Source: Obrimoposthia wandeli
Lineage: Eukaryota
Assembly: GCA_977020255.1 (NCBI GenBank)
Contig: CDROCS010002180.1
Span: 124,001 to 188,000 of the forward strand
Length of the DNA: 64,000 bases
Direction: 5' to 3'
A model generated the notes under the pieces. It was not told the DNA's origin, ran no database searches, and was given only the letters and a program-made list of their open reading frames with translations. Positions 51,431 to 62,032 of the stretch are shown here, piece after piece. The translations under genes were made by a program, and so were the position numbers. Position 1 is the first letter of the stretch. Each line of letters starts with the position of its first letter.

Positions 51431-52171
51431 ATTCGGAAATAGTAGATTCAGTAATAATAATTTTGGATATAATTCACCCCACTATGGAATAGATGTGGTA
51501 GGTATACCCCGCCGCAATGGAGACGAATAATCATTACATAGATAGACAACAGTCGCCAGGAAGATATAATAATTATGCAGACAGACAGCAAGGAGCTGAG
51601 AGATACAATAATTCAGGAGGATATAATATTAATGTTGATAAAACGAGATAGTCGGGAGAGCTCATAAAATTCAAAAATAAATTTAAGCTTCATAAATGAT
51701 GACAGTGATAGTTATCGTGAAACAAAACTTAGACATGAAATAGATTTTGAAGATAATGATAATAAATTCGAACAAATGTTAGGAATAATTGAAGATTCAC
51801 CACATACAAAGATGGAAAATTCATCTACATTGTCACGAAAAGGAAAAAAGCATCACACTAGAGAAGATCTTAATGATTTAATGAACCGAGTACTAGAAGC
51901 GTACGAGACACCAATAGAAAATAGTTGTAACGCACAAATAATGTCTGGTCATGTAAAAACAGCAAAAATTTCAAAGAAATCAAAAATGCAAGCGAAATAA
52001 TTAGTGAAGCTAAAGAAATATTGAGCCAATCGCTAGATGAAGCAAGTGAAGCCTCAGAAGACTTTATTAAATTACAAAAAGTAAAATCGCACAAATCGAA
52101 AGAATTACGAGCAGAACTGGTTAAGCACAGCCATGACAACCTGACCTACAAAGACGTAGCGCGAGAATGAT

Positions 52172-52540
52172 ATGAAAGGATATGGTCGTTATGTACAGAG
52201 AGCAAATCAAAAGGAGACGATAAATATTTCACTCCGATTAATTAATGGACAAATTATGCTTGAGAAACTTAACGTGTTCCAAACAATGAAGATTATCCGA
52301 AGAAAAATAGCAGACAAACTCGGAATATACGGAATGAATCTGTTGTTTCATTATAACGGAAGGTCACTGGACGACGAGGATGTACCGGTCGAGTGCGGAT
52401 ATCCGATAGAAAGTGAATCAGAAAAGAAAATTTATGTGATTACTTTAAGACAACAGGAATTAGTAGATAATGAAGGACTGTCAGAAATATTGAATCCTGC
52501 ACCAGACATGATAAAAAACCCTTATAGAAATCTTAGATAG
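52172..52540 (+). CDS. Ubiquitin/SUMO-like domain ORF (122 aa)
   Basis: INISLRLINGQ...TMKIIRRKIADKLGI..MNLLFHYNGRSLDDEDVPVECG follows the beta-grasp pattern; no di-Gly. Confidence 0.6.
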   Translation: MKGYGRYVQRANQKETINISLRLINGQIMLEKLNVFQTMKIIRRKIADKLGIYGMNLLFHYNGRSLDDEDVPVECGYPIESESEKKIYVITLRQQELVDNEGLSEILNPAPDMIKNPYRNLR

Positions 52541-53556
52541 TTCAGCTTAACAAAGTGACAGTGGAAACACTGATATAACTGAAGTTTAGAACAAGACACC
52601 CACACCTGAGGTGAACGAAAATGAACCACAAATTGTCGTACCGAACAATGAGTTGACAAATTTAGTAGACGAGGTACAACCACAACAAGTAATTAGTCAA
52701 ACTGGACAGGACCAAATCACGAACGCAGCCGAACCTGTTAGAGAAGATGAAATCTCAGAAATTGTAGACCTGGATTCACCAATTTGGCATGTCGCATACA
52801 GAGACAGACAAGCTGATCAAACGGCACGACAAAGTGAAGATATACGATATAGCGATGAGCTGTATAATCAAGCAGATTTTTCAAAGCTATTTTTTAAGTT
52901 AGAAATTTTAAAAAAAGTAGGCCTTGCACCTTTTAAGGTTTTAAATTTGTTTATTAAAAATGCTTTTGAATTAATAAATATAATTACGTTACTAATTTTT
53001 TGTAAAGAAAATGCGAATGTTTTCTCTTTTTTTTACTGGAGTGCCTTCCAAAATGTTTGGAAACCGCTGCTCTAAAAGATTAAAATTGTGTCGGAACATA
53101 AACTACAAAAATTATTATATAAATAAGATAAAAAATCATAAAAATGACCAAATATATATTTAAATTTTATTCCAATTTATTAAATTGTGTGAACAGCACT
53201 TTAGCAATGTTAGATTCACTGAGGTTGCATCATTTGACTGAAAAAATATGCCTATATTTTGAAAAGGATCTTTCACATCAGTTGTAGTTAGTGGAAAAAA
53301 TCGTAATTTGATCTTTCTTTTTACAATAATGATATCTAATCTTCTCAAATTTGGCTTTTTATTTATAGCTCATTCTAATTTCTGTAATTTACGACTAAAA
53401 TTATCATCAGTCCAAAATATGAAGAACTCAGAAAGTTCCTGAAACCCGAGATCTTCGAGTTTTATGACACTAAATACCTACAAGTCTATATGACTCCAGA
53501 AGTAATATTTCAGTAATATCTTGTTGAAGACTTTGAAATAACTTAATATGTTCACA

Positions 53557-53786
53557 AGTAGTGTAAAGTGTCATTTCTCACACATAATCAGATCCTTGGC
53601 ACAGACGCCCCTGATGAGTTATATGCTGATCTGCGAGAATTCGGGATTTCTTAACAGCTGCAACAAAGTACAAGTGACTTGACCTTTGTTTGCCGCTAAT
53701 AAGGAATCCTGCATTTATGCACTTAAACACACAACTCATCAGGCTAAAGGTCTGCTTATGTGCAAGAAGTGACGCCTTACACTACT
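53557..53786. mobile_element. Second copy of the 230-bp AGTAGT-ended micro-element (inside the segmental duplicate)
   Basis: Same termini and flanks as 45222-45451. Confidence 0.6.
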
Positions 53787-55234
53787 TATGAACAATTAAA
53801 GTTTTACAGGAACATTGAATTTTAACAAACAGATTACCATTCAAAATCATTCATTTTTATTGATTATTACAGATGTTGTTCACTATAATTGTACTTACAG
53901 ATGCAATACAAACAGGATGCAATTACAATACAAAAACATTTCAATACTAACAAGCGCAAATGCCTACAATTCTAACTTCCTTGTGTATGATATATATTAC
54001 ACTAATGATTTCTGATTCCTATCAATTACCCCACTTGTCAAAGTATAACAGGCTAACTCCATTTTGTCCAACTCTTAGGTTTAGTTTTCATTCCCAGTAA
54101 CCCAAAGTTCCTGAATAGTTGATGTTTCCTGCGGAAGCCTTTTCAACCAAATTTGGATATTGCCGGTGAATGAAATTAGAAATAATGGAATGATCATCTA
54201 ACCAGTTTGTATCTCTTTTATCAAAGTACTGCTAGACGTCTAAATTGTTGCGAGAAGTAGATCTTATGACTCGGCGAATCAAGTGACTCAAGTATCTTCA
54301 GGGTATCCCTCATATAACTCGAGTTACTATATAGAATTTTCCTGCCACACATGACAACGAAATAAAAGCCAATATTATAACAAAATTGGCAGATTAGCCA
54401 GTTGTGGGTAACTCTTCTTTGTTCCACAATACTATTTGGCGTTGTGTGGTAACATTTTAAATTTATAGCATCTCCAAAAAACATATAGTCGATGTTTGTC
54501 ACCCGGTTTAAAGAGAAGAGTTAAGTATACATTTAATTAATAATTATGATGGACCAAGACCCAGAAATAAGCAGTTGTCAGGGAGGTTGCCGTAGTAATG
54601 TTTGGGAACAGTCGATATTACCTTATAATTACTGAAGTTCATTAATGTCTTTTGATGAAAATTTCTTCATATCACAAAAATCGAATGACATTGCCAAATT
54701 CACTTCAGAAAAATTTAAATCAGGCAGAAAAATATCGATACATTCATGACTTCCGAAAACTAATTTTAGTTACTATGTCTGTATCTATATATTTTCTACA
54801 CATTTTATATTCTGATTTTCAAGATTCGATTTTGAATAAAAATTATCAATTTAATGGGCTTCAATGGGATAATACTTTTGAGAAAAATATAATAAAAATT
54901 TATAAAAATAAACAAAAAAATAAAATTTGTATAAATCTCTTCATACTATATACACATGTTTGTTGTTGTGAAAATCGAATACTACATCATCAACATCGCT
55001 GTACAAAGATAGATAGAGAGAGATAAAGAAATGGGTGCTAGAATCAGATATTGCACATAGATCTAGAGTGCTTCTAAGGCGTTGTCTAAAAGAGGGAGCA
55101 TGGTTGGTCACAATGTTGCTCCCTCTCGAGTCGATAGGCAGCGCCATGACCCCAGTAGCTGCATTGAATGTGCGAGGCCTAAAAAACATGAATAAACATT
55201 TAATCATTTTAGTATACCATTTACTCTCAATCTC

Positions 55235-55800
55235 ATTGATTTTTAATCACTATCTATCATTACCTAATTTCTATACACTCTCTCTTACTCATTAACTCGA
55301 GGAATCACTCACTCACTTTCTCAATATCTATCATTCCCTAATTATTATACACTCATTCTCAATCATTAACTCAAGTAGTCACTCACTCACTATCATTCAC
55401 TAATGTTTATACACTCACTCTCACCCATTAACTGGAGTAGTAGCTCGCTCACTTCCTCACTACCTATCATTCCCTAATTATTATACACTCACTCTCACTC
55501 ATTAACTGGAGTAGTAGCTCGCTCACTTCCGCACTACCTATCATTCCCTAATTATTATACACTCACTCTCACTCATTAACTGGAGTAGTAGCTCGCTCAC
55601 TTCCTCACTACCTATCATTCCCTAATTATTGTACACTCACTCTCACTCATTAACTGGAGTAGTAGCTCGCTCACTTCCTCACTACCTATCATTCCCTAAT
55701 TATTATACACTCTTTATCACTCATTAACTCGAGTAGTCACTCACTCACTTCCTCACTATCTATCATTCACTAATGTTTATACACTCACTCATTCACCCAT
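55235..55800. repeat. 74-bp minisatellite (~8 copies), probably 3' of the cullin-5 stop before the Maverick insertion
   Basis: attaact at 55427, 55501, 55575, 55649 and 55723, with degenerate outer copies. Confidence 0.95.
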
Positions 55801-56375
55801 TTCGTCGCTTTCATTCAATCGGTCATTCAATTAGTATATAGTGTGGGTACCAACACTATAGTCCTTAAAAACGTCTAAATGTCGAAAAAGTACTCAAAAT
55901 TACTCATCAAGTCCTGAAATCAGGCATACTAATTCAAGGCAATAGGTCCCCTGAGGAGGTACCTTTTACTACAAAATCTATTTGAGCCAGTATGCGTTTT
56001 TTACAGACTTATCCAAAATTTAATCACGAAATCGCGCATAATAACTCAATTCAATAGACCTCCCCGGGGTACCCTTTGCTGCAAAACTATTTTTAACGTA
56101 GTATGTACGATTTCAAGTATTTTTTTAAAAACGCACTATTTCTCACAGATTAAAACAAAATTAGTTTAAGTAAATGATTTTAAGTGACCAAATTCTCCTA
56201 AGAGAGGAGTCCTTCACCCGAAGACCGGGAAGCACCTTTGACAAAGAATATATTTAGAATACTTTTGTTTATAGAAAAAGTATTATATACAAGTGAATGA
56301 ATAATAATAATATACAAATTATGATATACATTAAATAACAACAATAACAAAACTATATATTTTATTTAAAAATTA

Positions 56376-58630
56376 TTAAGTTAAATTAAAATGACCATAA
56401 GCAAGGCTTTTGTTCTTACTAAACCATCTCATTTTATCGTCAAAACATTTTAAAGCAACTTTAGAGGTAAATGTTGTATGAAGCTGATGGTTAACCGATG
56501 CTATACGTGACTGGTTAACACTAATAATTTCTTCATTTTCATAACAATTGAGGTAGTCTTGGTGTCTTAAATTAGTTTGTTTTAAAGAAATACCTTTAGC
56601 CCTTAATTAATTTTGAAGTGAATAACATTTTGGTTTTAACAAAACTCACTCATTATAATCAGTACCCTCACTTTCATCTTTAAATTTTCCAATTACAGAT
56701 TTAAAGTTTTTTTAATACAATGTATGTGTTTTAGTGTAATTACTCGAAATAAATACCCATCCTTAATCATTTCGTTGAGTAATTTATCCTTATCAATATT
56801 CAAACACTCAAGGAAATAAGAATCAGTGTCCATAGTTACAATTCGAAAACTACAATTAAAAGTTTGCCTATACCGTTCAAGCTCAACATATTGTAATTGA
56901 TACATTCGTAATTTAGATAGATCAAGTACAGCTTGGCCGATATAGGAAGGCCGATCTAAACAAATTTCCTGTTTCTGCATAAAAACTAAATTTAAATCAT
57001 CATTTATTTGACTATGACGTTTAAACCAAGGAAACGAAACTAAGTTTTAAACCCGTTTATTGTTATTACATAATCTAATATCAAGCCGCATCTTAAGATT
57101 CTCAACCGTTTTACCGAAAACGGAATTATTTTTAATTTGTAAAACTCATATTAAAACTTATTAACACTAGTTGCCCGTTTGTTTGAATTAAAATCTATTA
57201 TTGTTTTAAAACGGGCGCTTGTCTAAACCGAATAGCCCTATGAATTTTCAAGATTTCAGCACGATGAAAAACATAGAATTGTAGTAAACGAAAAGAGTAT
57301 TACATAATGCTCTTTATCATTATGTATTAAAAGTAATTTAGGAGTTTTTTAGTTTGGTGGACACATTTTATGTGGTTCAATAGGTAAGTCATCAACTCTA
57401 TTATGTATACGATCCGGAATATGTAAATCTACTTCAACAAGAAAAATCATGCGGTTTTACTCAAATTCTTTTCACTTCCAACTAAATTCAAAATATCATC
57501 AAAATTACGATGATACAGTTCGAAAACCAAAAAGACATTTCTGACGTCAGTAAAGGCGTAAACCATAGCTATGACAATTAAATAATCTATTTAAATGAAT
57601 ACCACAATAATGATAAGTGTTACGGTCTTCTAACAAAAGTAAATTAACAATTTGATTACAATCCCGTAGTTTTATTCGGTAAATTATACTAAAATCAGGA
57701 TTTTTCACCACATCTTTAATCGGGTATTTACTTTTAATTTCAGAAAACTGTAATTGCTATATGGTTATCACGTTCAAATTGAGGTATTGAGGCTAAGGAC
57801 ATAGGACCTGGTGGACATATTAACTAATTTAAATATTGATCATATGAAGATGATCAATCTCTATTTTGAACTTCATTATGTTTTAAAACGCTAAGGATAG
57901 CCTAGAGAAAACATTTGTTATCCTCGTTTCTTACATTGATTATTACCCTTTTATTTAAAAATTTAAGTGGTGATGGTATATATGAAGAACCTGAAACACT
58001 AGATAATTTAGTTAATTTAAAGGAAATTTGTAATATTTTATGGATTGACCAACCACCATTCAATTCCGAGAACTATTCAATACAATTATTTAACTTGTCA
58101 GTTCTAATAACAATAAAATCATCATAGAAAACATCAGCCTTATAACTAATATGTCATATTTTAAATTGGTTTTCTATGTTTACAAATTGAGCTTGAATAT
58201 CAAATTGGATTTTACAAGGTCAAAATGGATTAATTTTATTTAATAACTCATTTTTCATATCATTATTAACAACCAGTTTTAGCATATTCTGGTTAGATGC
58301 AGTATCAAAAATAAGATTATCTTGAAGTGCACCACCATTTTGAGTATCATTATTTGATATTGCTTCAAGGCCTACAGTTTCTAATAATTCATTATAAAAT
58401 TCATCAACAAATGGATTTGCATGTGTATAAAGTAAATCATTAAAACCTGGAGATTCATTTAAATACTTATCTAATTCATTATCCTGGAAATCATTTAAAA
58501 ATGTAGTGAAATCAAAAATATTATTAAAACTATCAACTGGTATTATATTATTAATTGTTTCTAATTTTATAACTTTATTACTTTTTGATGATTTACGCTT
58601 ATAATTTGATTTCTTGATATTAAAATAAGT
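56376..58630 (-). pseudogene. Protein-primed DNA polymerase B with internal deletion
   Basis: SGSSYIP...IINVRNEDNKCFL; EVDLHIP; YKLKNNSVFGKTVEN; SYIGQAVLDLSKLRMY; MDTDS; FKDE; KPKCYS; AKGI; ALKCFDDK. Many stops; no exonuclease-region motifs recognised. Confidence 0.95.
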
Positions 58631-59007
58631 GATTTTTATGATTAGAATAAAAATCTAAATATTTTATGTTTGTGAACAATATATCACCCGAGGGACATAT
58701 GTACCCGTTTTTAAACTTATAATATTTTTTCATAACATCATGAAAATTACTAGTACAATAGTTATAAAGTTTACATGGTAGGGAACCACAAAAATTTAAA
58801 AAAACACACTAATTAAAGCGTCATTAAACAATAAATCACCTAACCTATCATCAAAGTTGAATGATGTACATAATCGACTAAAATATAATGTTCGGGTTCC
58901 ATATATTTAGTAAATTTTCAGTCTTTTATCAGAGCATCTTGTGAAATTTTAAAAACTTTAAAACAATTTGTGTTAATATTCATTAAACGATCATTATAAC
59001 TAGAATT

Positions 59008-59221
59008 AACACCAAACATTTTAGGAAAAACAGTGACAACTTGTGCTTCGTCATATAAGACATCGCTAACCTTGTCACAACAATTAAAAGACTTCCCATT
59101 TTGTTTAAAATATAATTTGCGTGAACCAAACGCAATATAAATTTTTTCAGTCAGGTCTCTAATCAGGTCCAATTTTTATTTGCTTAACGGAATGCAATAA
59201 ATCAGCATGAATTGTTAACTG
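59008..59221 (-). pseudogene. Ubiquitin-like domain (one frameshift) inside mini-Maverick 3
   Basis: QLTIHADLLHSVKQIKIGP[frameshift]DLIRDLTEKI..FG..KLYFKQNGKSF...VSD....AQVVTVFPKMFGV. Confidence 0.55.
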
Positions 59222-59993
59222 TTCTAGCTCCTTTTTAGTTTCTTTCTTTTTAAAGCGTCGTTTCAGCTTATTCTTAAGGCGCTTACCCCGTTTACCTAAC
59301 ACTTTAACTTTGGTTATTGATTCAACATTTATATTATCTCGTGCATCACGATGATAATTTTTGTATGGAGTAATCCCGTTTACTAAAATGACTTAAATAA
59401 TTAAAAGGATACGTGTTTGGGCTGCCTATTGATGTAACATGATAAGGTTTTTTAAATGAAAAATATTAAGTGTTGTTATTGTAAGTAGATGATAACACCT
59501 CCATTACTCCTAAAGCTGGGAGCCATTATCCGAAGACAGGGCAGTGTTACCATTACCTCTTAGGAGGCTCCGTACGGGAGACTTTGGTCACTTAAAATAA
59601 TTTACTTAATCTAATTTTGTTTTTTAACGATAAATAACGCGATTTTTGAAAAAATACTTGAAATCGTGTATACTACGTCAAAAATGGTTTTGCAGTAAAG
59701 GGTTAGTATGCGCGATTTCGAGACTAAATTTTGGTCAAGTCTGGAAATCACGCATTCTGCCTCAAATAGATTTTGCTGTAAAAGGTATCCCCTCTGGGGG
59801 ACCTATTGCCTTGAGTTAGTATGCGCGATTTCAGGACTTGATGAGTAATTTTGAGAACTTTTTCGCCATTCTGTCTACATTTAGACGTTTTTAAGGCCTA
59901 TAGTGTTGGTACCAACTAAAAGGAACAGAGCCTCCTGGGAGCTTTGTTCCTTTGAGTTGGTACTGACACTATATACTACTCAATCACTCACAT

Positions 59994-60315
59994 TCAGGCA
60001 ATATAGATAAAGACGCTGGAGTCAGAGGGATCTCTCCGGATGTATTCTTCCTCTATCAGCCAGTCCAGAACCTCCTTTATCAGCCTCTGGCTTGGCTGGA
60101 ACAGATTGCGTAGCAACGTCAGCAGCTCGCTACACAGCTCGGCGTGTCTAAGACGCCTTCGCGACTTCATCAGCTTTATTATGCCTTCCTGTGTCCGGAA
60201 CTTGCGTAGTTCTACAATCGCGCTTTCGTCTTGTTCCTGTGTCTTCTTGTCTAGCGACAGCGGCATCCGGCCGATCAGGTTCAGCTTGCCTCGATTCTGC
60301 AGTCGACCTTGCTTC
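59994..60315 (-). CDS. CUL5: Cullin-5, last coding exon (winged-helix/neddylation domain)
   Basis: QNRGKLNLIGR...LRKFRTQEGIIKLMKSRR...KEVLDWLIEEEYIRRD....FIYIA*; ctgtag acceptor; phase-2 join to the upstream exon restores ...FCLVKQG. Confidence 0.93.
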
Positions 60316-60802
60316 CTACAGACAAGTAGCAACTGGGTCACAGGGTCATTCGCACGTGCATTTGTCCACGAGACCACATTCAAGAAAATAGGACAAACCG
60401 CACTTTTTAAAACGTAATCTTATTTATCGAGTGGCGTTTTGAGAAAACTGTTCTGAACTTTAGTAGCTATTTAGAATGCTACTTAAATTGTCATCAATTG
60501 CTAATAAAAATGCAGCATAAGAGCAAATTATCAAAGTAACAAAATAAAATCCAAAAACATAACATTTTTATAGAACCCAATCTTTTCTTCTTAATTAGTG
60601 TCGATGAAACCTCTCTAATTTAGGCAGCTTTTACATTCTCATTAGTTACTGAAACTCTTTAGAATATGAAAACCTTTATTGAAAGCTGAAGTGACCATAT
60701 TTAATAGTATCAATTACTTATAGAAATAGTTAATTGTGTAAACTTATATTTGTATATTTTTAATGAAAATCCCATTTATTAAACAATTTCTATCCCCTAC
60801 CT

Positions 60803-61735
60803 CAGGGCTTTCCAAAGTGTGTTCCGCAAAAAATTCTAAACATATTTATAAGAAATGTATTATGCAGATTTTTCTATGTTGTTCAATGTGATATATAATA
60901 AAATAAATGTAATAAAAAATCTATGATTAAACATAATTTCAAAAATTAAATATTTCATCTGATTATTTTTTCATAAATATTTTGTTAATTTAATAGGAAA
61001 TAGTTTAAGATTTTCACGGAGACAACTTTTAGAAATTAATTTTTCGTTTTGCAGTTATTTATTAAAATGTTTTGACCCGTTCCATATGAGCCAAACGGTA
61101 ACGCAAAGGACAAAGGATACGCTTTTTAACATTTGAATTAAAATATATACAATTCTTTCGTTAACAAACAATCCCTGAACAAAACATCTTTGATCTCCAA
61201 TCCAGTATGACAAAGTATTTTCCTCCAGTTGCGGACAAAAACACTGGGCTTGAAATCCTTTTCAAATCACAGCAAAATAGGTTAATTTCACATCACAAGA
61301 ATAATATTTTAATTGACTTATTTTCTGATTCGTAATTACAACAAAAGTTTACAGATTTTCATTAAATATTGTTTGGTGTCCCTTGTTGGAAGAGTACACA
61401 AATTTAATACAAATAAAAACCAAATACCGAAACAAACTTGACACTGCAGCAGGATTATCAGTTCAAATTTACAAACCCGTTCGTCCCACTAAAACCTTAA
61501 CATGATTTACCATTATATTTTTATAAGACCATACAAATTTTGTTAATATTAGTCTCTACTCTGCTTTTGTTATTAATTGGTTTCTGCGAATTTTTTTCTA
61601 CTTTGAGCGAAGACATGTTTTTTATTAAAGACTACATGTATTTTCGGATTACACTGCTATCAATTACCTAAAGCCATCAGCGCATTTTTAGCGTTCCGTA
61701 GGTAATGACATAGCTAAACAGTTTGGGAACCTCTG
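60803..61735 (+). mobile_element. hAT (Charlie/Buster-like) remnants in the CUL5 intron
   Basis: CAGGGCTTTCCAAA at 60803; tttgggaacctctg at 61735; IKTKYRNKLD dimerisation-region motif; no matching TSD. Confidence 0.6.
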
Positions 61736-61913
61736 CGATGGTCAATGGAGAAATAAAGAAATCGGTTCCCATATAGTAGATTTGAGCATTTAAACACATA
61801 TGTATCTTGTGTTATTTTAAAACTGAAGTAAACGACCTTCAATGTGTAACATTGAGAGTAAAGGTATAGAAAATATCTAATTATAAGTTACAAGGCTCAA
61901 AGGAATCACTTAC

Positions 61914-62032
61914 ACGAGACAGAACTTGTGGTTAATGTAGAACTCTGTACTGTCGCTGAATTCTTCCGGGGATTTGGCACGCGGTTCGTACAGCAAGATC
62001 TGCTGTTCCAGTTTGCCATGTTCACAGAGACT
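61914..62032 (-). CDS. CUL5: Cullin-5, penultimate coding exon (119 nt)
   Basis: ttttag|SLCEHGKLEQQILLYEPRAKSPEEFSDSTEFYINHKFCL(V)|gtaagt, resembling the CUL5 segment SLVAFPKLKRQVLLYEP...; earlier exons probably lie beyond the window. Confidence 0.92.

Larger units (their letters stand above)
49290..52880 (+). mobile_element. Gypsy-like element: LTR 3' end, PBS, repetitive leader, gag, then non-pol sequence
   Basis: LTR ends ccccaaCA at 49398; PBS-like TGGTGCCCGAG; gag motifs; cut at 52884 by the segmental duplicate. Confidence 0.8.
55830..59980 (-). mobile_element. Non-autonomous mini-Maverick 3 (4.15 kb) with ~380-410-bp TIRs
   Basis: TIRs ~55830-56215 and ~59570-59980; termini A(T)TAGTATATAGTGT and AGTAGTATATAGTGT; flanks cattca/caatca match at 5/6; pPolB inside; no integrase, ATPase, protease or capsid recognised. 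Confidence 0.92.

Noticed and set aside
23591-59980. Endogenous giant virus (NCLDV) region suggested by PolB, NIF phosphatase, DSP and Ubl
   Set aside because: The PolB is protein-primed Maverick type, the phosphatases look like eukaryotic FCP1, and no NCLDV core genes were seen.
60316-60383. N-terminal part of the 129-aa cullin ORF (MNVVSW...)
   Set aside because: It is intron read-through: the acceptor at 60316 and the phase-compatible exon 61914-62032 restore CUL5 homology.
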